Shown: in pieces, positions 23,399 to 35,385 of the stretch
Layout of the letters: each line of letters starts with the position of its first letter
Position numbering within the stretch: the first letter of the stretch is position 1
Source: Felis catus
Lineage: Eukaryota
Assembly (NCBI RefSeq): GCF_018350175.1
Contig: NC_058369.1
Span: 13,208,001-13,272,000, forward strand
Direction: 5' to 3'
Length of the DNA stretch: 64,000 nt
Position numbers and translations under genes: made by a program
Notes under the pieces: generated by a model
What the model was told of the DNA's origin: nothing
What the model saw: the letters and a program-made list of their open reading frames with translations, nothing else
The model's database searches: none

Positions 23399-24260
23399 AG
23401 AACTCCCCTAGTCACGTCCCAGGAACTGCGTATGAGCTGCTATCGAAACTCAACCTGTCCACATGGCGGGGGAGCCAGCGGTCCTGAAGGCAGCAGAGAC
23501 TTCCAGCTCAGCATCATTAGACCCAGAATTAGTGCATTTAATCCTGAAGTGTGGAACAAAGGGCAAGACATATGGAGAAGAGCCAAAAATAACTAGGAAA
23601 TTAGCAAATAATGGAGGTCTCAAACACTGGATGCGGCTAACCATGGATTTGAGCTCTCCGAAGAGAAAACTGATGAGTTAGAAGATGGAGCAGAGTGTGT
23701 TTCCCAAATACGGGAAGAAAAGGGAGGGTAAGAGAGAAAGAGCAGAGGCAAACTCTGAAGAGGATGAAGGCAGAGAATTTTCCAGAACGAACGCGAGACG
23801 TCAATTCACCAGTATTCAGAAAGCCAACTGCGTCCCAAGCAGGGTGTATACAAAGACACGGCCGATTCAGCGCAGAAAATCCAAGTCAGCAAGAAAAAGC
23901 GAGCCTGAGGATGGAAAGCCAGCTTCTCAGACCCAGAGCCTGGAACTCAGGACCCAGAGGGGCACCACATTCAAGGCTCTGAGAGAAAGCAGCAGCCCAG
24001 AAATGGTGGAGAAGTGAAGGTCCCCGCTGGAACAAATTCTGAGGGAACTGTTTCAGGCAGAAAGAAAATGAGCCAGGTGGAAGGGCTGACACGCAGGAGG
24101 AGACAGCAGAAAAGGTGGGAAATGCCTGAGCAGAGGTGAAGAAACATCACCTTCATTAGCAAGGATTAAAATGTCCAATGTGTACGATTAAAGTCTAAAT
24201 TAGACAACAATGGCAAAACATAGCCGATTGGAGTCAGGCTTTAAAATCTTTGTATCTAGC

Positions 24261-24595
24261 AATTTTTACGAGCTGAAGGTTCGGAGCAGCCCTGTGTTGA
24301 GCAAGTCTGTCAGTGCCATATTTCTAACAGCATCTTCCACTTTGTCACATTTTGGTAACGCTTGGTAGTATTTCAGACTCATATTTGTTATGGTGACCTG
24401 TGATCAGTGATTATTTAAGGTATGTGCATTTTCTTAGACATAATGCTATTGCACGCTGAATAGACTACAGTACAGTGTAACTATAACTTTTATATGCACT
24501 CGGAAACCACAAAATTTGATTGACTTTATTGGAATATTTGCTTTATTGTGGTCATGGTCTAGAACGCAACCCACAATATCTCTGAGGTATGCCTG
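24261..24595 (+). mobile_element. Tigger1 internal-deletion derivative (TcMar DNA transposon)
   Basis: 3' terminus ...caatatctctgaggtatgcctg followed by TA; recalled Tigger1 subterminal sequences. Confidence 0.8.
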
Positions 24596-24869
24596 TATTG
24601 TTTGAGGAGAGTGTGACATATTACCCGGTTGAGTGGAGTAGGAACATTAATGGTTGTGGTAAATAATAAGAGACTAGAACTAGTCTATAACTTCCAAACT
24701 AGGAAGGAGCAAAAATTAGAATGAAAGGAAATAATCCAAAATAATCCTTCCATAGGGAAGGAGGGACAGATAGCCCAAAATAAAATAATGGAAATGCATA
24801 AAATTTACTAGCGATTACAATAAATGTAAATGGTCAAGATAAAAGACAAAAGATGGTCAGACTGTTAAC

Positions 24870-25050
24870 TTTTTTTTTCTTCAAGTGTATTCATTTATTT
24901 GGAAAGAGACAGACGGAGAGAGAATCCCCAGCAGTCACTGCACTGTCAGCACAGGGCCGGACCCAGGGCTTGAACTCACAAACTGTGAGACCATGACCTG
25001 AGCCAAAATCAAGAGTCAGATGCTTAACTGACTGAGGCACCCAGGTGCCC
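24870..25050 (-). mobile_element. Carnivore SINE
   Basis: TSD cagactgtta. Confidence 0.85.
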
Positions 25051-25811
25051 CAGACTGTTATCTTTTTTTTAATTCAAGTTTTTAAGCCATCCATAAGAAA
25101 TACCTAAACATTTATGCTTAGATGCTGAAAATTTTAAAGGTAGGGAAAAAAATAAACCTGGCAAATACTAAAGAAAGAAAGCTCACATACATGAGTAAAG
25201 TTATATTTTTGTGTATTTTTAGAAATAAGGAATATCAATAAGGAATATCATATCAGAACTTTTAATTCACCAGGAAGATGTCACCATTCTGAACTTTCAT
25301 GCACCTAACAATGGAGCCTCAAAATAACCCCTGGAGGGGATCATAAGTTTACCTTTTTTTTCTTTTTACCCTGTTAGTAGGTTTTCTAACACTGATCTAT
25401 CCTCACATTCCTAGGAATAACTCCACTTTGTGTTTTTATTTTAATAAACTGGGAAGGGGGCGGGGCCAGGGGCGGGATCTGGGCTTTTGCCCTCAGTCCT
25501 TGGTGGATCTTTCCCTACCCTTCGGATTTCTGATGTTGGCTCATCACCCTCACTGAGCCCAGCATTACAGGACTCTTACTGCCTAGAATATCAGGTGGCA
25601 AGGCGGGAAAGGAACACGGTGAGTCAGGGCTTCCTACCAGAAAGTGACAATCCCACTTGTCATTTCGTTGATGGAAGTGGGTCACATGACTCTGCCTGAT
25701 TCTGGGGCTGAAGGGAACACTCCTCCCTGGATGGAGGAGAATCAGAAACAGTGGTGAAAATCAACTGATTACTGACAGGTCCCTCTTGCAAAGACAGAGT
25801 TTTGTCTTGGC

Positions 25812-26243
25812 CAGGGGCTGGCAAACTTTTTCCGTAGAACCAGTTAGTAAATTTTTTCAGTGTTTTGGGCCATACGGTCTCTGTTGTAGCTGAACAGATG
25901 GAAATGACTGCATTAAAAACCTCAATGAAACTTCACAAAGAGGGGACGGGGCCTTTAGGAGGTGGGCCTTTAGGAGGTGGTTATGAAGGAGGGGATGGCT
26001 CAATCGGTTAAGCGTCTGACTTCAACTCGGGTCATGATCTCATGATTGGTGTGTTTGAGCCCTACATCAGGCTCTCTGCGGTCAGCCAGACCCCGCTTCA
26101 GATCCTTTGTCCCCCTCTCCCTGTGCCCCTCCCCTGCTTTTTCTCAATAAATTAATAATAAAAAAATAAATTAAAAAAAAAACTACACAAAGAGGCTGTG
26201 GACTAGAGTTGGACTCTGGGCTGTGGCTTGCCAGCTCCTGGTC
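25812..26243. mobile_element. MER58A-like MITE interrupted by a SINE
   Basis: caggggctggcaaactttt...gggccatacggtctctgttg, then SINE, then ...gtggcttgccagctcctg. Confidence 0.7.
25944..26179 (+). mobile_element. Carnivore SINE with anomalous 5' end
   Basis: TSD aaact(t/a)cacaaagagg at 25928-25943 and 26180-26195; head replaced by non-SINE sequence. Confidence 0.85.
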
Positions 26244-28522
26244 TGGGGCATCTGACTCTTTCCCATCTATAGCTAGAAGGGGTTGGGGCCTGGGGTCTCA
26301 CCCCTCCGTTTCCCTCTTTCTCCCCTCTCTCTCTTTTCTCTGTGTCTGTCTTCTTCCTCCCTCTCCCCACAAGCCATCCTGACAGCTGTCTGGCCCAGCC
26401 TCTGCCAGAGTGTGCACTAAAAATATCCCAGCAGCAGCCAAAGCACCTGGGGGCCCTGGAGCATGCGCCAGGAGCCGGATGTGCGACCTTGGCCCGGGCA
26501 CTCTCAGCACAGCCTGCTCACAGGCAGCCCCTCCCTGCTTCCCTGAGCCTGGGCCACAACTGCCCCCTGATTTCTCCATGTTCCTTCAGCATCCAGGTCA
26601 GACCTCCAGGCCTCTGCACCCATGCTGTCCTCTCTGGGAGGCCACCATCCAGCCATTCATCAGTCAACAAATACTGGATCCTCACGGGGAACAGTGTCCA
26701 GTGGGAGAGTCAGACACGTAGGGCGATACAAGCACCCACGGTGTCAGGGGCGGGGGGCGGGAAGCACGGGGCCAGAGGAGGACCCACGTGCCCCTTGGGG
26801 ATGAGAGAAACCCTCGAGAGGAAGCGGAGAATTAAACCACTTTAGGGGAAGAGGAAGAGCGCACCTGGCGGAGGGACCACAGAGGCCCAGGCTCGGTCTC
26901 TTAAAGGAATGGGGGGGCGGGGGGGGGGGGAAGACTGGTAGTGTTGAAGCTCCCCAGGGGGAGGCTGCTGCGGGGCAGGATGGGCCCTACAGCTGCCTGG
27001 ACACCCCTGACCCCAAACACTTGGGGCTTCTGCTTCAAGGGGCTTGGGGGAGCAGGGTGGGGCTGGGAATCTGGGGCATTTTTCTGGGAAGAAGTGGGCC
27101 TTTAGGAGGTGGTTATGAAGGAGGGGATGGCTGCCTCTCCTGGGAACAGCAGTGCAATAAGCTCTCGTCTTCCAAGCCCCACCTGCTAGGACCTCTCCTC
27201 CAGGAAGCCCTCCCTGTTCTCCCTCTGGTTCTGTCCTTCCCCACCCCAGGCCCTCCTCTGGCTCTTCCCGACCCACTCCCTTTAAATGCCAAGCTGTCCA
27301 CCAGAAGTCACCCTCCTCTGTTTCCTTCTCATCTGTAGCCTGGGTTGCAGCCAGGACAGGACAAGGTGGGCACCCATCTACACACGATATGTGCCTTTAC
27401 CCTGCCTGGCACATAGTAGGTGCTCAGGAAATGTTGATTGCACTGCTGGTGACCTTGGGGACGTTACTTAACCTCCCTGTGGGCCCCTGCCCCCACCTCT
27501 CCCTATCTTAGAAGGAAGAAAATTGGCCTGAATTTCAAGGTGGCCTCAGGGCTTGAGGCCTCCCCCCCACCCCCATCCCCAGGGCTTCCTTCCCCAACCA
27601 ACAGTTCTGCATCCTGTCCTTCCCATCCCCACAGCATCGGTTTTTAGGATCCAATGTCAGGGCCGGTGAGAGCTTTGGCACCAGTGCACCCGAGTCAAGT
27701 CTTGCCTCTGACCTGTCTTCGGAGTGGGACTTCAAAGAGTACCTTCTTGTCCCAGAGACTCAGAGCCTCAGTCCTGTAACATAAGAATCACCACCTCCTT
27801 TCCCCTGGCCCGGGGTGGGGAGGGGGGGAGGGGGGGGCTGTTCAGCATTGGGCCGGAAAGAAGCCTGGCCAGGGCTTCTGTGTAGGAACCAAGAGCTAAG
27901 TCACCAGGTCAGATGTAGAGCTGGGAGGAGAGCACTGTAGGCGAGGGAAGAGCAGGGGCAAAGGCCCTGAGGTGGGACTGGTTTTGTTAGGGCAGCAGTG
28001 AACAGGCAGGGAGAAATGAGGACGAGGAGGTGCACAGGGCCCTCCTGCATAGGCCTGGAAGGTTGTGGGGAGGGTGTGGGGGTCTTTACTAAGGGTGCTG
28101 ACCCCTCAGGAGAGGGCTTGGAGCTGGAAAGGAAGGTGATCCGTCTCTGTCTGGAAACTCCGCCCAGACCCAGGGGCCCATGTAAACATCCTGAAACCAC
28201 CGTGCACACACTGGAATGGGGCACTTAAGCAGAGGGTGGGGGCCAGGTTTCTCACCGTTGGCGAGGCATGTTATAGACAGGCAAGGGGAGGAGACTAGAA
28301 GGATCCGTCTGCTAACGGAATAGGTGTGGAGACATCTGCATGAGTTCATGTGTGACTTAATATAGACACAGTTACATATGGAAGTATTTGCAGATCTGTG
28401 TATATACACAGTTAATAGACACATTTTGGATCCTTGCTCCGTCAGCTATGAGGGCCTAGAAGCAATGACACCCCGGTGGCAGGCCACACACACACCCGCC
28501 CAGATCTTGGTTTATATTAATA

Positions 28523-28906
28523 CAGCATCGCGCCCTTTATCTGTGGGGAATACATTCCAAGATCCCCGGTGGATGCCTGAAACCACAGAGAGTAATGAAC
28601 TGTATATCTATCCTATGTTTTCTCCTCTCCATCCATACCTATGATAGAGTTTAATTTCTAAATTAGGCACACGATAACAATTTACTGCGGTCTGTCTCTC
28701 AGATTAGCATCTTGTACTGTACTCGCTCTTTTCGCTCTTCTCGTGGTGATGTGAGATGATAAAATGCCTATGTGAGGAGATGAAGTGAATCGAATGACGC
28801 AGGCGTTGTGATGTAGCACCGGGCTACCGTTGACCTTCTGACCATCTGCTTCTGGACTGCGGTTGATCACAGACCACTGACACTGTGCAAAAGGGGAGAC
28901 TATTTG
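28523..28906. mobile_element. MER44 (Tigger7-derived) DNA transposon
   Basis: TA-flanked; ttccaagatccccggtggatgcctgaaacc...tgtgagatgataaaatgcctatgtga. Confidence 0.75.
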
Positions 28907-29611
28907 TACTCTCCAGCAAAAGGCACCAGGGCTGCTCCTTGGAGAAAAGGCCGACGGTCAGAGGGGGGGGCAGGAAATATACAAGAGGAGCATGAAGTAT
29001 TTCGTAGGGACAAAGTAAGGAGGTACTAAGGGGGAAACCATGGGTGTCATGGGGGCACGTCAAAGAGCCCTGGGAGCCAACTGAATGAGCTTCCGATGGC
29101 CAAAGCTGACACAAATTTGAGCAAGAAAATCAATAAAGTAGTATTGGGTTTTAACCCAAAGTAGGAAATAAATATCCATGAGTCCATACCCATGTGAATG
29201 ATTGAAGAGATAAATAAACAGGGAGAAGGGAGGAACTCAAAATAATTTGTGCAGGGGGAAACATGACTCCCCACCCCTTAGGCGTGGGCTGCACACCCCG
29301 ACTTCCTTCCACGGGGCACAGCGCCAAAAGAGGGAAGAGTAACTTCACAGTGGAGACACTTGAGAGATGCCACTTCCGGCAGGTGAGCAAGGTCAACGTC
29401 ACAGTCAAGAGTCACGCTCGTGGCATGTTCTGTGGACTTGGTGTGACAAGAAGGGCACTTCACCTCTGTGGTCTTCCCCAGAGCTGTCACCACCCCCCCC
29501 CCCCAGGCCAACCATGAAGAAACACCAGACAAATCACGGCTCAGGGATTTCCCACTATACACTTGACCAGTTCTCAAAACTGGCAAAGACATCAAAAACC
29601 AGAAAGCCCAA

Positions 29612-29802
29612 GGGGCTCCTGGGTGACTCAGTCAGTTAAACCTCCGACTTCAGCTCAGGTCATGATCTCCTAGTTCGTGAGTTCGAGACCCCCATCGAGC
29701 TCCCTGCAGCCAGCTCAGAGCCCGCTTCGGACCCTCTGTCCCCCTCTCTCTCTGCCCCTTCCCTGCATGTTCTCTCTCTCCCCAAAATAAATAATAAACA
29801 TT
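29612..29802 (+). mobile_element. Carnivore SINE
   Basis: SINE body; its tail hosts the next SINE. Confidence 0.88.
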
Positions 29803-30048
29803 GGGGTGCCTGGGTGGCGCAGTCGGTTAAGCATCCGACTTCGGCTCAGGTCACGATCTCACAGTCCGTGAGTTCGAGCCCCACGTCGGGCTCTGGGCTG
29901 ATGGCTCAGAGCCTGGAGCCTGCTTCCCATTCTGTGTCTCCTTCTCTCTCTGCCCCTCCTCCACTCATGCTCTCTCTCTGTCTCAAAAATAAATAAACAC
30001 GTTAAAAAAATTAAAAAAAAAACTTATGGAAGCTTTTAAAAAAATAAT
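29803..30048 (+). mobile_element. SINEC_Fc inserted into the A-tail of the preceding SINE
   Basis: TSD ataataaacatt on both sides. Confidence 0.88.
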
Positions 30049-30487
30049 AATAATAAACATTTAACAGCTACAAGGAAGTCCAAGAAACTGTCTAAGCCTA
30101 AGGAGACCTGAAGATGAAGTGAAACATGGAGTCCTGAGACAGAGAAAGGATATTAGGGAAAGTGGAGAAAATCCGAATAATATATGGACTTTAGTTATTA
30201 GTAATGTCTTGGTATTCAGTTCACAATCGTGACAAATATACCGGATCAATGTAAGGTGTTAATAATCGGGGAAATTGGGCATGGGGTACACAGGAACTCT
30301 GTACTATCTTCACCATAATTCTGGAAATCATAAACTAAAATAAACTGTGTATTTTTTATTTTATTTTATTTTTTTAGAGAGAGTGTGAGCGGCGGGGAGC
30401 AGAGGGGGAGAGAGAGAGAGGTAATCTTAGGCAGGCTCCATGCTCACCACCCTGGGATCATGACCTGAGCCAACATCAAGAGTCAGG

Positions 30488-31227
30488 CTGTTTCGAAGGG
30501 ACACATGCACCCCCATGTTTATAGCAGCACTAGCAACCATAGCCAAAGTATGGAAAGAGCCCAAATGTCCATCGATGGGTGAATGGATAAAGAAGATGTG
30601 GCCGAGGGAGTATTACTCGGCAATCAAAAAGAATGAACTCTTGGGGCGCCTGGGTGGCTCAGTCGGTTGAGCATCCGACTTTGGCTCAGGTCATGATCTC
30701 ACAGTTTGTGAGTTTGGGCCCCTCATCGGGCTCTGTGCTGACAGCTCGGAGCCTGCAGCCTGCTTCGAATTCTGTGTCTCCCTCTCTCTCTGCCCCTCCC
30801 TTGCTCATACTCTGCCTCTCTCTGTCTCTCAAAAAAAGAACTCTTGCCATTTGCAACTATGTGGATGGAACTGGAGGGTATTATGCTAAGTGAAATTAGT
30901 CAGAGAAAGACAAATATATGACTTCACTCATATGAAGACTTTAAGACACAGAATAGATGAACATAAGGGAAGGGATGCAAAAATAATATAAAAACAGGGA
31001 GGGGGGCAAAACAGAAGAGACCCTTCAATGTGGAGAACAAACAGAGGGTTACTGGAGGGGTTGGGGGAGGGGGGAGGGGCTAAATGGGGACATTAGGGAA
31101 TCTACTCCTGAAATCATTGTTGCACGATATGCTAACACATTTGGACATAAATTTAAAAAATAAAAAAAAAAAAATTAAAATAATTAATTAATTAATTTTA
31201 AAAAATAAATAAATCAATGGGGAAAAA
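30488..31227 (+). mobile_element. 5'-truncated younger carnivore/felid L1 (ORF2 end plus 3' UTR)
   Basis: acatgcacccccatgtttatagcagcac...; A-rich tail; TSD aagagtcagg at 30478-30487 and 31228-31237. Confidence 0.85.
30643..30837 (+). mobile_element. SINEC_Fc nested in L1
   Basis: TSD gaactcttg. Confidence 0.9.
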
Positions 31228-31319
31228 AAGAGTCAGGAACTCTACCAACTAAGCCACCCAGGCGCCCCTAAAATAAATCGTGTACAAAAGAAAAAACAGA
31301 ACAAAACAAAAACCCTATA

Positions 31320-31333
31320 GTTGCCATGGGAAC
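31320..31333. promoter_or_regulatory. RFX X-box motif
   Basis: GTTGCCATGGGAAC. Confidence 0.5.
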
Positions 31334-31974
31334 AGGGACTGTTCTGGGCAGGGGTGGAGGCAACCAGAGGCCCAAGTAGGAAGCCAAGACAGCATCCAGG
31401 CTTGGAGATGACTCGGCCTGACCTTGAGCCACGGGGTGAGGAGTTACAGGAAAATGGACAAATTGGGGTGTTTCAGAAACACAGGGCCAGCAGGACCAAC
31501 GTGGATGACGGGAAGAAAAGACTATGGGACTCGGGGCGCATGCTCTTCGGCTACCCTTACTGAGCTAGGGGAGCAGGCCTGGGGCCGGGAGATCATCCTA
31601 GTGTTCCAGTGGAGGGCTGAATGACAGGTGCATTGTATAAATCTCATTTTATGAGGGCCCAGGTGAGGGGGGCGGAAGCCTTTCTGATTTGTGACATGAC
31701 TGCATTCTTGGGGATAGTTCTTCCCAGTCCTGGGGCCAAGGATGCGGACTTGCTGTGTGGCCTCCGAGGGAGTTCTTCCCTTCTGAGTCTCATTTTCTCC
31801 ATCTATAAACTGAGAATCAATAAGGTCCGATAAGGTTCCGCCCACAAGCTTGTCGGTGGGGGACATCAAATAGCTCTGTTCAGTACCTGGCACACAGTGG
31901 GCCCTCAATAAACTGTGGTCACCCCGTCCCTCTCCCCCTGGGTCTCAGGTGGCGTGAGAGGCGCCTGTTGCTTT

Positions 31975-32500
31975 AACTTATGCAAATAAACTGCGGGTGG
32001 TGGAGGGGGGGGTGATGAAAAAAGGAGCCGCTCCTCTAGATCAGCCAATCAGCTCGCCGGACCGACGGAGCCAGCCGCCTGAATGGCCCAATGGCGGACC
32101 GCGCGGACTCCAAGCCCGCCCCTGCCCCCGGGCGCCGTCGGGTGGGTGGGGACTCTCTACGCCACGCCCCGGGGGCGGAGCCAGGCGGCTGCCGCGCCGC
32201 AACCGCGGAGGTAGGGGCGGGGCGGGCTCGGGTGTCAGAGACCGAGCCGCAGGTGGCGGCGGGCGCGGGGCTCGGCCAGAGCTCGGGAGGTGAGTGCAGT
32301 CCTCGGGACCCCTCGAATCCCCTGGCCCGCGCACTCCCCTCATGCGTACCGCGCCCAGTAGCCCAGGAAGCCACTGGGGGTAAAGGCGCGGCAGGGCATG
32401 AGGGATGGCGAAATTGGGGGTTGGGGGCTGCGCGGTGGGCGCCCGGCCTCCCAGCGGCCATAATCGGGGGTCTTTGGAGGGAGATAGGGACCCTTCTCCA
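31975..32500 (+). promoter_or_regulatory. FCHO1: FCHO1 upstream CpG-island promoter
   Basis: Octamer ATGCAAAT 31980-31987; CCAAT boxes 32045-32049 and 32088-32092; KLF/Sp GCCACGCCCC 32161-32170 and GC boxes. Confidence 0.8.
32230..32289 (+). other. FCHO1: Probable non-coding first exon of FCHO1 (start approximate)
   Basis: Follows GC boxes; strong donor GAG|gtgagt with intron starting at 32290. Confidence 0.65.
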
Positions 32501-35229
32501 ATTCCCCCGTCTCCTGGCCTAGAATCGGAGCGTGCAGGAGGGCGGCTATCACGTGAGACCCCTCCCCAAATCTCTTTATTCTAAGCCTGGATTTGGGTGC
32601 AGGTTCCAGGGCTGCAAAGATGGGGGCGCCGCTCTCCCTCCAGCCTGGGACCCAGGACAGCCGAAGTGGAGACCACTCTCAATTTCCCTCTTCCCAGCTC
32701 TGGTCTGCAGACCCCTGAGGACAGAGATGAAGAACCCCCTTCCCTTTTTTCTCCACTGTGAACCCTGATCTGCCTGGAGGAGGAGCTGGGGGGTGGGGGG
32801 TGGTCCCCGGGCCCCTCCCCTGGACTGTTCTATCCCAGCCCCCTACCGCAAGGATGAGGTGGGGGGCGTTTCACGGGCATCCTCTGCAGGGACCCCCCCA
32901 AAGTTGGAATTCTGGGGAGGGGTCAGCATGGGGACTGGCCAGGCAAGGCCTGGAAGGGCCTGGAGCACGGACTTGGGGGTGGTCCCTGTCTCAGTGGGGG
33001 GTGGGCAGCCAGCATCTGTTCTGGAGATTAAAATAAATCGAGGTAAATTAGGATCTTGCCGGAGGCTGACTGCGAGTGGGGTGCGGAGGAGGGTTGTGGG
33101 GTGGGCGGCCCCTCCATCTGCCTCAAATCTGGGAGTTGCCTGCCCCAGCCGCAGTGGGGACCAGGAGGCAGCTTTGATGGACCTGCCTCACTGGTGACCT
33201 TGGGCAGGTGACAGCACCTTCCTGAGCCTTGGTTTTCTCCTTTGAAAATGGGGCTGAGGGCTTCAGAGGCTGTATTCCACAGAATCTGAAACCCACACAC
33301 TCCATCATTAGCCAAACTAGAACTTCCCCTTTTGCTTAAGATGTCAGTGGTTTGGGGGTGAGAGGGCAGTGGGTTGGGAGACCCCCTGACATGCCTTGCC
33401 GGCCTCTGAGCCTCAGTTTACTGCACCGCAAAATGGATTCGTGGTCACTCTGGCATTGCCGGAAGGGCTATTCTGCCGGACGGTAAAATATATTGCCAAG
33501 CTGCGATCATTGGAACAGGGGCTCCACCACCCTGGTCTTACCGGTGGGACTGCCTGGGGCACACCCTGACCCACATATTGTCGCCCACGCCAGGGGTAAG
33601 CCAGTTCCTGGGTGGGGTCCTGGGTAGGAGGAGGTGGGAGGCACCAGGCCAGCCCATCTCTTGTCTCTGCAGTGGACACAGGGGTGAGTGTGGGCCTGGG
33701 AGTCCAACACCCCCAGGTTTAAATTCGATTCTCCCCCCCCACCCCCACCCCGGGACTTGGCGTGTTCTTCTGTGAAATGAGCTGAATCCCCCTGGGAAGA
33801 TCATAAGAGACGTGGGAAGATGGGAGCGCTGTAAATACAGACATGGTCATTATAATACTATTACAAAATTAGTGATCATAAATGGGGTCACAGCTGCCTG
33901 GGAGCAGGGAGGAGAGAGGAGAGTCTTCAAGGGTGTTGCCTGCTGTGTCTCTAGAGCCCGGCAGCCAGGTACACAGTTGGTGCTCAATAGGTGTTTGCCA
34001 GATAGATGACAAAGAAGGAAGAGACTAGTGGGGAGGACTGAAAACTTCCCGAGCCTGACCGTTTGGGCGCCGTAGGACATGGGGCGTGTGCCTCAGTTTC
34101 CCCAGCGGGGTAATGGCCACGCCGAGACACCGCCTTGAAGCGAGAATCAACCCGGATTGTGCAAAGGTCACTGGTGGCTGGGCCTGGAAGGGAGGAAGTT
34201 CATGACAGAAGATGATCATTGAAAGAGCAGGGCCAAGAGGCCAGTCACAGGAAAGGAAGAGAAAAACCCCAAACGGGCCCAGTAGGAGTCTGCGGGGAGC
34301 AAAATGTCAGAGCCTCTTCCATAGGACCCTGGAGGCCCAGAGGTCAGGGTAGGCCCAAGGTCACAGCAGGAGGTCAGGGGCTTTGGACAGGTGGCTTGGA
34401 GTTAGTGAGCCCTGCCTTCTTTGCTGACTCTATCCCTGTCTTTTTTTGTATCTGCTCCTGGGTCTGCTCACCTGCTCGACCCAGTGCAGAGCCCCAGGTT
34501 TTGGGGGGAATTGGTGCTGGCAGCTCCTGGGGCAGGCGTCAGACAGGCTCTGTTCTCTCCTCCAGGCAGCCAGAGGATGGGGGCATCCCGGTCAACTGAC
34601 AGCCTGCTGTGTGACCTTGGGCAAGTCCCTGTCCGTCTTTGGGCTTTGCCCTGGTGCTATGGCCCTCTTTTCTTCATCAGATACAGAGGCCACCGTGTCT
34701 CAGACACGATACTTTGAGAGGTCCGTGGAAGTGTCTTAACCTCTTTCAAAATCAGAAGGGAAGAAGATGAGCTTTGGGGTCAAAGAAGACATTTTAACAT
34801 GTAATATTAATATATGCATTTCTGTGCCAATGCAATCGTAACATGTAGTTTAAATTTTTTTTTTTTTTTTTTTGCTAGGGGAAGGGGCCCGTGAAAGTTT
34901 TCACGCAGCCCTGCGTTTGAGCCTCGGCTGTACAAACACGAGCATGGGGTCTCCCCCACTCTCTGAGCCTTGGTTTCCCCTCTGCAAAGCAGGCATCATT
35001 AGCGCACCTCAGGATGGGGAGATGTGGAAAGCTGAGCCCAGGACAGATGCAATTTAGGGCATGCTGTTATTTCACAATTGTTGTCATGATTGTTATTTGT
35101 TGGGTAATAACAGCCCCAGCCGTGGGGCCCCAGGTTCAGGTACCTCAGTTTACCCGTCCTCGGCCGGCCCAGTTCCAGGGAGGTCCCAGGGGTGCTGGTC
35201 TGGTGGGGGAGGGGAGGTGGCGGTTGGGA

Positions 35230-35385
35230 GGTAGGCGGGGCAGGGTAAGCTTCCTGTCCCCCAGGCACACAGGCCTCCTTGGGGCTTGGTGCTGTCTGAC
35301 GGAAGTGGCAGGGGCCCGCGTGGCTATCTCCTGGTGCCCACCCTGTCGGTCGGGGGGCCCCCAGCTCCACTCGCTGCCCTGTCCG
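35230..35385 (+). promoter_or_regulatory. FCHO1: Probable alternative FCHO1 promoter and non-coding first exon
   Basis: GC box, ETS sites (CTTCCTG ~35250, ACGGAAGTG 35299-35307), strong donor CCG|gtgagt at 35386. Confidence 0.5.

Larger units (their letters stand above)
28230..30351 (+). mobile_element. Old L1MC-type 3' region, host of nested insertions
   Basis: L1MC-like 3' UTR motifs (aataaagtagtattgg; gagtaacttcacagtggaga; ggaactctgtactatctt). Confidence 0.6.
30352..31268 (-). mobile_element. SINE split by an L1 insertion (parts 30352-30487 and 31238-31268)
   Basis: TSD taaaataaa(ct/tc)gtgta at 30336-30351 and 31269-31284. Confidence 0.8.

Noticed and set aside
26585..26605. REST/RE1-like ttcagcatccaggtcagacc
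   Set aside because: Mismatches at conserved core positions; too weak to call
33420..33600. Possible exon ending at GGG|gtaagc (~33596)
   Set aside because: Good donor, but no clear acceptor or promoter motif set; unsupported
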